Source: a virus
Lineage: Duplodnaviria > Caudoviricetes
Virus record (IMG/VR): IMGVR_UViG_3300037604_000004
Coordinates: 1-31,742 of that record
Length of the DNA stretch: 31,742 bases
Strand: one strand, 5' to 3'
The first letter of the stretch is position 1; each line of letters opens with the position of its first letter. This document shows positions 25,172-31,742 of this stretch, piece after piece. The position numbers were made by a program, and so were the translations under genes. Below the pieces are notes generated by a model. It saw only the letters and a program-made list of their open reading frames with translations, searched no databases and was not told the DNA's origin.

Positions 25172-25621
25172 ATGGCACCAGTACGTAAGCGGTTTGACAG
25201 GGCATTATACTTAGCCTACGACCAAAAGGCTAAAGATGCCTTAGTGGATCACCTAACGAAGAAAGGACACGTTATTGTAAACGCTGAGGAGAACTACTAC
25301 GTAGATGTTATCTCCCAGAAACATGGCCTGACCTTCTTTAATGAGGCTGAAGTCAAACTGGCTTGGGAAGGTGACTGGCCTGAGCATTGGACTGAGATAC
25401 GTATTCCTGAACGTAAGACACGTCTGTTGGATAAATACGAGGGTGAGGACGGTGTTCTAAACTTTTACGTATTCGATAAAGACTTGAAGAAAGCATGGAG
25501 AATTAAGGACACTTTACTGAAAAAGGAAAGTCTGAAAGAAGCCAAGGGACGTTACATCCAAAAGGGTGAAAAGTTCTACCATATCCCGTTTACAGAGGCA
25601 GAATTAGTGGAGATGACCTAA
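25172..25621 (+). CDS. Hypothetical protein, possible PD-(D/E)XK nuclease fold
   Basis: YVD...EAEVK arrangement. Confidence 0.5.
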   Translation: MAPVRKRFDRALYLAYDQKAKDALVDHLTKKGHVIVNAEENYYVDVISQKHGLTFFNEAEVKLAWEGDWPEHWTEIRIPERKTRLLDKYEGEDGVLNFYVFDKDLKKAWRIKDTLLKKESLKEAKGRYIQKGEKFYHIPFTEAELVEMT

Positions 25622-26319
25622 TGGTCCAACAACAGCCTAAGCGTAAAACTCGACGTGTGACAACAAAACATGATGAGGGTAAACAAGCATTCAGTATCCT
25701 ACCTAAGACTGACAAGCAGGGTGACTACCTTAAGGCACTTGCTGAGGCGGATCAGGTTATTGTGTTTGGCCCATCAGGTACTGGTAAGACCTATGTAGTA
25801 TCGTCGTATGCTGCAAGCCTCTACCACACTAAGCAGATCAACAAGATCGTCATCACACGCCCTCACATTGCTGTAGGGAAAGAGCTTGGGTTCCTCAAGG
25901 GTGACCTAGAGGAGAAGACTAAGCCTTGGGCTATGCCCGTCCTAGACGTTCTAGAAGAGCAACTTGGAAAGGCTGTAGTGGAGACTGGTATCAAGAATGG
26001 CAACATTGAGATCGCACCCCTAGCACTTATGAGGGGTCGTAGTTTCAATAATGCTTTCATCATCTGCGATGAAACTCAGAACATTACGTTCCACGAGTTG
26101 AAGATGCTCTTGACACGAGTTGGTGAAGGAACTAAGTTGGTCCTTAATGGCGACATCATGCAGTCAGATTTGAAGGAAGCTGATGGTCTGTCTAAGGTTG
26201 TTCACTTGGTAAAGAAGCATATGCTACCAGTGCCAATCATTGAGTTTGCTGTTGAAGACATTATCCGTTCAGACATGACACGGATGTGGGTAGAAACATT
26301 TGTAAAGGAGGGTATCTAA
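25621..26319 (+). CDS. phoH: PhoH-family protein
   Basis: GPSGTGKT, ITRP, LGFLKG, MRGRSF, DETQN, LTRVG and GDIMQSD motifs. Confidence 0.95.
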   Translation: MVQQQPKRKTRRVTTKHDEGKQAFSILPKTDKQGDYLKALAEADQVIVFGPSGTGKTYVVSSYAASLYHTKQINKIVITRPHIAVGKELGFLKGDLEEKTKPWAMPVLDVLEEQLGKAVVETGIKNGNIEIAPLALMRGRSFNNAFIICDETQNITFHELKMLLTRVGEGTKLVLNGDIMQSDLKEADGLSKVVHLVKKHMLPVPIIEFAVEDIIRSDMTRMWVETFVKEGI

Positions 26320-26735
26320 TGGTTTTCAAGCATAATGAAGTGGTAAAGGTCCGTGTGGGTGTTGGCCTTAAGAATGAGGGGTGTGAGGGTATCATCAAGA
26401 ACAAGTTCGGCTATAGCACTTATCTTGTAGACCTTATCGGTAAGGGGGAAGTTCTCTACACAGCAGCAGAGTTGTGTCACTTGTTTGAGGACGATCCTAA
26501 GACCCCCTTAGAGGAAACGGAACGACCATCATCACGTAACTATCAGGTTGGTGGTGACCACTACTCAGGGCAGGGTATCCAGCCTATCGACTACATCATG
26601 GCTAACGAGCTAGACTTCTGTGAGGGTAACGTAGTCAAGTATGTCACCCGATGGAAGTTCAAGAATGGTGTAGAGGACTTAAAGAAGGCACGACAGTATC
26701 TAGACTTTCTGATTGAGGGGAACGAAGATGTTTAG
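26319..26735 (+). CDS. DUF3310 (T7 gp1.7 / SaV-like) protein with an extra N-terminal beta domain
   Basis: QVGGDHY...IQPIDYI...FCEGNVVKYVTR..KNGVEDLKKARQYL; start 26319 has a GGAGG RBS. Confidence 0.85.
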   Translation: MVFKHNEVVKVRVGVGLKNEGCEGIIKNKFGYSTYLVDLIGKGEVLYTAAELCHLFEDDPKTPLEETERPSSRNYQVGGDHYSGQGIQPIDYIMANELDFCEGNVVKYVTRWKFKNGVEDLKKARQYLDFLIEGNEDV

Positions 26736-26916
26736 TTTGGTAATCCTAGCTTGTAGTACAATGGCACCAGTGTGTAAGTCATTTACTCCAGATGACCTAT
26801 TCGTAAGTGAGCAACAGTGTATGGGAGCAGCTTACGTAGTTGCTGAGAGTGTACGACAAGAAGGCTCCGCCTATATAGAGAACTTCCTCTGTATCGACTG
26901 GAACGAACAGCTTTAG
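26728..26916 (+). CDS. Small secreted/membrane Cys-containing protein (62 aa)
   Basis: GAGG RBS; MFSLVILAC...C...C...C. Confidence 0.65.
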   Translation: MFSLVILACSTMAPVCKSFTPDDLFVSEQQCMGAAYVVAESVRQEGSAYIENFLCIDWNEQL

Positions 26917-26918
26917 AC

Positions 26919-26960
26919 AAAAGAAAACCCCCGTCCTCTTGACTGAGGCGGGGGTACTTT
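26919..26960. terminator. Bidirectional intrinsic terminator
   Basis: A-tract, ACCCCCG(T)CCTC-loop-GAGGCGGGGGT stem, then TTT, between the convergent arms. Confidence 0.8.
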
Positions 26961-26969
26961 AGTATCTGA

Positions 26970-27359
26970 TTATTGTTTTCTTTTGAATAGGTTTATAAAG
27001 CCACGAGCAATCTCTTGTGGGCTTGGGAGTAACCACCCCAGAACAAGCAACAGTAACAGTAGGGGGTCAATCTCAGTCTTATTGATTATGACACTGCCAC
27101 TCTCGGTACTAACTTCATTCTTGTCGTTTGACACTTGTACCGTGCCTTGAACATCCTTGACATCAACCTTAGTGGTCTCACTAGTGCCAAGAACTTGTTG
27201 GTTAGTCTCCCCCAGTTGGGTATTCGCTGCTACGTTCGGTCCCCCGCCCGTGAGAAGGCTCAGAGGGGTTCCGCTGCATCCTGCCATAAGCATCAACGCC
27301 AAAAGCAGCAGTAACGTAGGTGAAGATAGGCCAGACCAGTAGTTCGATAATCTTTTCAT
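26970..27359 (-). CDS. Unimolecular spanin (T1 gp11-like), probable
   Basis: Hydrophobic signal with lipobox MAGC, beta-rich periplasmic part, C-terminal TM helix and basic tail; start uncertain. Confidence 0.7.
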   Translation of the reverse strand: MKRLSNYWSGLSSPTLLLLLALMLMAGCSGTPLSLLTGGGPNVAANTQLGETNQQVLGTSETTKVDVKDVQGTVQVSNDKNEVSTESGSVIINKTEIDPLLLLLLVLGWLLPSPQEIARGFINLFKRKQ

Positions 27360-27456
27360 CTTTTGTCTCCACGACATAGACCAACCAGACAAGAAGAACC
27401 ACTGCAAGTTCCCGCTTAAAGGTTTTACTTGTTAGCCATTGCTTCCACGGCATCAC
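27202..27456 (-). CDS. Holin-like protein (2 TM helices)
   Basis: KTFKRELAVVLLVWLVYVV...LLVWPIFTYVTAAFG; in the lysis cassette; start uncertain (27456 or 27453). Confidence 0.55.
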   Translation of the reverse strand: MMPWKQWLTSKTFKRELAVVLLVWLVYVVETKDEKIIELLVWPIFTYVTAAFGVDAYGRMQRNPSEPSHGRGTERSSEYPTGGD

Positions 27457-27685
27457 GAATAGCCTTAATGTTTTCGTCCATACGAGCCATAGTTACAGCT
27501 TGACTTTGGACAATGGTTTCTAATTGACCCGTCCGAGTTTCTAGACGGATGATCTCAGTTTTGTTGGTATCAACATCATTTCGAAGGGTTGCCACAAACC
27601 AAATCAATGCGATTGTCTGCAATAAGATCGCAAAGAGGAAGGTAATAGGCACTGACCTTGAAAGGTGCCAAGGTTCATCACTCAT
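27425..27685 (-). CDS. Membrane-anchored coiled-coil lysis-cassette protein (86 aa)
   Basis: ATGA overlap with endolysin; one TM helix then heptad repeats. Confidence 0.65.
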   Translation of the reverse strand: MSDEPWHLSRSVPITFLFAILLQTIALIWFVATLRNDVDTNKTEIIRLETRTGQLETIVQSQAVTMARMDENIKAIRDAVEAMANK

Positions 27686-28059
27686 TTTGGATAGCTTTCC
27701 CAAGATAGTTGGAAGTGAGGTCCATCAGGGAAGGAACGCCAATCGCCACCCCATTCAAGGTCAACGTCAAGTTCTTTAGCTGCTTGCTTCATAGCATCAG
27801 CGATTGGATAGAAGTATGTCCAGTCCCACGACAGAGGATAGGGGAACAGGTCAACAGCATGACCCGTAAGGTGTCTACTATTCATTGTAGTAGATTTGCC
27901 AGTGTTTACTAACTCTCTTTGTCGTGAGAGGGACCGTAGCCCCTCCCCAACTGAAAAGTCTTGTTCACTGATCTGTATTGCTCTTTTGACTACAGCCACT
28001 AGGTCAGGGTGAACCCCGTCTAGTTTGGCTAAGGATTTGTTTGACAGTGTGTATGTCAT
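27682..28059 (-). CDS. Endolysin, L-alanyl-D-glutamate peptidase (M15 family)
   Basis: LDGVHPDL, EGLRS, SRHLTGHAVD, WGGDW and DGPHFQL motifs. Confidence 0.93.
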   Translation of the reverse strand: MTYTLSNKSLAKLDGVHPDLVAVVKRAIQISEQDFSVGEGLRSLSRQRELVNTGKSTTMNSRHLTGHAVDLFPYPLSWDWTYFYPIADAMKQAAKELDVDLEWGGDWRSFPDGPHFQLSWESYPK

Positions 28060-28379
28060 GTCGATGGAACCTCAGGCCAAAGGATATTATCAGGAAAACC
28101 AACTTGATTGGTTACATCACGAAGCTCTTGACGATACGTTGCCCAAGCAGCCTTATTTGCTTCTGGGGCATCTGGCATTTGGGTCCAATCAGACTGTTGT
28201 AAGAGGTAGTTGCGTAGTTTCCTAGCTTCTCTCTCCGCATCAACAACAACGACAAACTCCCCGTGACCTTCTTTGTAGTATTCTACATCCACCTTAATCT
28301 GTTTATCAACTTCACTTGGTGGGCAGGTAATATTCCTAAGAAGCTCGTCTGTGTCTTTACTGTAAACTGAGTACTTCAT
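28056..28379 (-). CDS. Tail fibre assembly chaperone-like protein
   Basis: RNYLLQQSDWTQMPD...WATYRQELRD...GFP..I.WP motif. Confidence 0.85.
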   Translation of the reverse strand: MKYSVYSKDTDELLRNITCPPSEVDKQIKVDVEYYKEGHGEFVVVVDAEREARKLRNYLLQQSDWTQMPDAPEANKAAWATYRQELRDVTNQVGFPDNILWPEVPST

Positions 28380-31222
28380 TATTTCTGCACCGTAATAGCT
28401 GTGATCGACCTAAAGGTGATGTAATACCCAGCACCCCCAATACCACCAGAACCAGAGTACCACTGTAATGCGATCTCTGCGCTTGGTGCCTGAACCTCAA
28501 CACCGAAAGAGTATCCAACTGCGTTAGAAGTAACAGAGTTTGCTGATGCAGCTACAGGGCCATACAAGACAGCATTGTTAGTCTTATCATATAGCCTGTA
28601 TTGTGGTTGGTATTGCGTACCAATGTTATCAGCGGCAAAACTTGCAACAACAAAGGTTGGGGCATCGACACTAGACAGCGTGATGGTTTGCACGTCATTC
28701 CAGACATCTGTGGAAGTAACAGCAGCATTAGCACCATATGCTGAGATTGGGATAGTTACAGCATTATCCTGAATCTTAACAGTTTCTACTGCAAGATCAC
28801 GAATCTTAGCCGTAGTAACGCCAAGGTTCTTGATTTGAACAACACCGTTTTGAGTACCCTCAATAGTGGCATTATCCAAAACGATCTTGTTAGCTGTAAT
28901 CGTACCATCCACGAGGAGGTCGCCAACTAGAACGTGTTCTTGATAGTTCCAGCTATCCGCAGGTGTAGCGCCAGAACCTTCCTCGTAAATCCAAACTGAC
29001 TGTTTTGTTGGGTCAGCCAGAGTTCCAATGTAGAACCACGCTTGGTCTTTATCTACAGGGTCACCAATAGCATTTGTAAAGTACGTATGAGCTTCTGTAG
29101 ATGTTATAGGGAGTGCTGGAATAGAGCCAATGTAGAACACACCATTAGAACGTGTTGAAGTCACTTCACTAGCAGTAGCAGAAGCTACAGTGCTTGCAGA
29201 GCTTTCATTCCCAGTGTAGTCTAGGGCAGTAACCCAATAGAAGTAATCTTGACCACCAGTTAGAGAGCCATCCGTAAAGACATCCGCAGAGATACGACCA
29301 ACAAGAGAGGCTGTACCAAAGTTGTTTGTGGTGTTACGATAGACCTTATACTGGAACAAGTCTTTCAGAGCACTACTGTCGGTGTTCTGAGTTGGAGCAT
29401 CCCAAGACAGTTTAATGGTCTCTGTACCAGCTAGTGCAGTTAGGTTGCTTGGTGCATTCGGTGTAGTACCATCGTCACCAGTGGATACAGAGGATGCACT
29501 AGAGGCAAAAGCTGAACGGACACCAAGGTGGTTTACTGCACGTACACGGTAGTCGTAGGCACGACCAGACAAAGCTGGAGACAGAACAAACTCTGTGCCA
29601 TCAAGGTCAGTAGTGTTCCATGTGCTATCTGTAGACAATTTCCATTGGAAGTCGTAGTAGTCTACAATTGTTTCATCAGTCACAGACCAAGAGAACTTGA
29701 TTTGGGGTACTGTAGTACCGTCATTGTTAACTGTTGAGGTGACTACAGCAGCATCAAGAGAGGGCAGTGGTACAGTGAATGGCGACAACAAGCTGGTATT
29801 GTCACGTTCGTAGACAGCACCGTCAGAGTAGTCATCAAACACAGAGGAAGTGATTTCTCGAAGTGTCATCATAACCTGAAGGTCATTATCCCCAGTAAGA
29901 CCAAAGGTCCAAGAGACTACCTCAAACTCTTTCTGTGTCCAACCAAAGCGAGAGTTCGATAGCTGGATAACATCACCAACCTGAACAGCAAAGGCTCTCA
30001 TACCAAACGAGGCTTGAACAGTGAGCTGTTGACGGTTACGTTCCAAGTAGATATTAGCAATACGTCTTGCCATATCCATGTCAGTGCTGAAGGGTAAGTT
30101 CAAGTCTATGTTGACTACCTCACCATTATCAGCATCAATGAAGTCTTGGTTAGTAACTGGTGGGAAGTCTGTCGTCTGCCAGTTAGTCGTTGCACTCTTC
30201 CACACACCATTAACAGTGTTGAAGTTATCACGACGAGAGTGACGAGTGGAAACAGAGATAGAACTACGAAGATCGTCCTCAGTGAACAGAGCTACAGGTG
30301 CTGTGTAGTATGCAGGTTTAACCCGCCACTTACCTTGAGCATACCACAACAAAGCACCCGCAGAGCTAAGGATGTTGTTGAGTAAGTCGTAGGGAGATGC
30401 AGCAGTAGTAAAACTACCGTTAGCAGTGTACCGTTTACCACCCGTCAGTGTTGGGTAGTCGTAGTAGTCACAGACGTTAGCAGCAGTAATGAAAAGGTCG
30501 TCATCAATGCTTTGTTGGTCTAGAGCTTCTTTAAGGCCATAACGATCGTTAGTTAGGTAATCACGAATACACAGTGCAGGGTTATCAGACCAGGCAGTTG
30601 TATCAGTACGAGGGTCGTAGACCTTCTTACCCTTGATGACAGCAGTAAGCTCAGGGACACCATTTGGGAAGACATCTTGACTAAACTTATAACGAACGTA
30701 GATGTAGGATAGACCCTGTAATCTGTGGTCTGTGGTCCAATCGGTTACCTCAGAGACTAGGTCACTATCAGCAAGTTGATCGTCAGCACCAAGGTGTGTC
30801 TTGATACGAACAAAACCATCATAACGAGACGGGCTTGTTACGTTACCGTTACCATCAATGGTTACTACCTCATCGTTAAGGTAAATCTGTTCGAAGGACT
30901 CAATCTCGTGTCCAGTGAAGGCAATGACACGATGAAGGTATTTATTACTGTCACCAGTGGTGCCATCAAAGATGCGAACGCCAGCCACCTTAGTTTTACC
31001 GTAAACAATCTGGTGGTCAGCGATAGGGCTTGTCTGTGTTACATTATAACCACTTGTTGCCGAAGATGCAGAGGGTTTTGGTGTAAGGGCGTTAATAGCC
31101 GCACCAATAGCCGTGGTAATAAGGAAGTGGGATACCATAGAGGTAACACCAAAGATAAATGCCCCACCAGTAGTAACAGTAGTTACAGTAGACACCAACG
31201 CCATTACAGCAGAAGCAGCCAT
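28379..31222 (-). CDS. Tail tip / central fibre protein (lambda J-like, with FN3 domains)
   Basis: 947 aa; IVYG, KGKKVYDPR...WSDNPALC.RDYL, two FN3 repeats (YRVRAVN, YWVTALD), DGTITANKI repeats. Confidence 0.88.
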   Translation of the reverse strand: MAASAVMALVSTVTTVTTGGAFIFGVTSMVSHFLITTAIGAAINALTPKPSASSATSGYNVTQTSPIADHQIVYGKTKVAGVRIFDGTTGDSNKYLHRVIAFTGHEIESFEQIYLNDEVVTIDGNGNVTSPSRYDGFVRIKTHLGADDQLADSDLVSEVTDWTTDHRLQGLSYIYVRYKFSQDVFPNGVPELTAVIKGKKVYDPRTDTTAWSDNPALCIRDYLTNDRYGLKEALDQQSIDDDLFITAANVCDYYDYPTLTGGKRYTANGSFTTAASPYDLLNNILSSAGALLWYAQGKWRVKPAYYTAPVALFTEDDLRSSISVSTRHSRRDNFNTVNGVWKSATTNWQTTDFPPVTNQDFIDADNGEVVNIDLNLPFSTDMDMARRIANIYLERNRQQLTVQASFGMRAFAVQVGDVIQLSNSRFGWTQKEFEVVSWTFGLTGDNDLQVMMTLREITSSVFDDYSDGAVYERDNTSLLSPFTVPLPSLDAAVVTSTVNNDGTTVPQIKFSWSVTDETIVDYYDFQWKLSTDSTWNTTDLDGTEFVLSPALSGRAYDYRVRAVNHLGVRSAFASSASSVSTGDDGTTPNAPSNLTALAGTETIKLSWDAPTQNTDSSALKDLFQYKVYRNTTNNFGTASLVGRISADVFTDGSLTGGQDYFYWVTALDYTGNESSASTVASATASEVTSTRSNGVFYIGSIPALPITSTEAHTYFTNAIGDPVDKDQAWFYIGTLADPTKQSVWIYEEGSGATPADSWNYQEHVLVGDLLVDGTITANKIVLDNATIEGTQNGVVQIKNLGVTTAKIRDLAVETVKIQDNAVTIPISAYGANAAVTSTDVWNDVQTITLSSVDAPTFVVASFAADNIGTQYQPQYRLYDKTNNAVLYGPVAASANSVTSNAVGYSFGVEVQAPSAEIALQWYSGSGGIGGAGYYITFRSITAITVQK

Positions 31223-31223
31223 C

Positions 31224-31679
31224 TTAATCTCCTAAGTATTTAGAGTAAACCCGTTCGATTAGGTTGAAACCCAACCTATCCATAAGGTTATCAAAGGGCT
31301 TATGGACTTTTGTATTAATGTTCAGCACAGATACGCCATCTTCTCTTAGACAACCCTCAGCAAAGCTAATCAGGTTAGCGCCAGTAGAACCTTTGCGGTA
31401 ATCTGGGTGTACGTAGATAACATCATTCTGAGCAAATAGGTGGTCTTTGTAGTGAATGTTATGCCCAACTAATACGACAAAATACCCAACCAGCTTATTG
31501 TCGTGACGTACAGTGAAAATCTTTAACTTACCGAGGCCCTCTAATTCCCTATAGGCATCAAAGTCTGGGTTAAGTTTAATCTTCTCTTTGTTAAGTGCAA
31601 TCTGTTCCCAGTGCAGCTTTAGCAAGTAATCAATTTCACCCAAGCAGTCATCCAAGAACTCTTGTTGGTAAGTAAACAT
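31224..31679 (-). CDS. GNAT-family acetyltransferase-like protein
   Basis: LVGY...DVIYVHPDYRKGSTGANLI...LGF acetyl-CoA binding signature; TAATG coupling at 31679. Confidence 0.8.
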   Translation of the reverse strand: MFTYQQEFLDDCLGEIDYLLKLHWEQIALNKEKIKLNPDFDAYRELEGLGKLKIFTVRHDNKLVGYFVVLVGHNIHYKDHLFAQNDVIYVHPDYRKGSTGANLISFAEGCLREDGVSVLNINTKVHKPFDNLMDRLGFNLIERVYSKYLGD

Positions 31680-31742
31680 TATTCTACCGATCTTCCCCAA
31701 ACAATCTCTTTAGTCTGTAGGTCTTCTACAAACTCCAACCCC
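31679..31742 (-). CDS. C-terminal end of a minor tail / hub protein (partial)
   Basis: ...GLEFVEDLQTKEIVWGRSVE*, translationally coupled to the GNAT gene. Confidence 0.55.
   Translation of the reverse strand, partial: GLEFVEDLQTKEIVWGRSVE

Noticed and set aside
9425-26063. - strand ORFs across the early and replication arm (e.g. 13568-13981, 19173-19616, 23952-24362)
   Set aside because: Antisense to well-supported, tightly coupled + strand genes.
27157-31243. + strand ORFs over the lysis and tail genes (e.g. 30776-31243)
   Set aside because: Antisense shadows with no independent support.
1-31742. Prophage, DGR, tRNA genes, introns or inteins
   Set aside because: No integrase, repressor, reverse transcriptase or cloverleaf was seen; PolA, RNR and TerL are uninterrupted and of normal length. 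Judged by eye; tRNAscan and Infernal were not run.

Overview
Lytic dsDNA tailed-phage genome segment (siphovirus-type tail tip plus a T7-like replisome; no integrase or phage RNA polymerase in the window). The host is probably alphaproteobacterial (Rhodobacterales-like), inferred from GANTC clustering, DUF1127, SleB-type hydrolase and B12-dependent RNR. Layout: (-) fibre genes, portal, TerL, TerS (1-6198); non-coding leader; a compositionally distinct, GANTC-rich island with a small leftward operon (~6700-9130); AT-rich repeats and four CCAGTGGAAA repeats (9140-9425); a long (+) arm of small early genes, SleB, ThyX, sigma factor, primase-helicase, endo VII, PolA, SSB, exonuclease, endo I, MTase, MazG-like, DUF1127, class II RNR, glutaredoxin, PhoH and DUF3310 (9461-26916); a bidirectional terminator; then (-) lysis cassette and tail-tip genes (26970-31742). 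Top signals: (1) a roughly 3.5-fold excess of GANTC (CcrM/GcrA-type) sites confined to the early island and its promoters and RBSs; (2) three identically spaced ACTTTACT-N8-CTGAGGTGCCTATA promoters, probably read by the phage sigma factor; (3) a possibly chained fibre set placed directly after the portal; (4) a phage DUF1127 gene missed by the ORF track; (5) a T1 gp11-like unimolecular spanin overlapping a holin-like gene. All calls are by eye and no searches were run.
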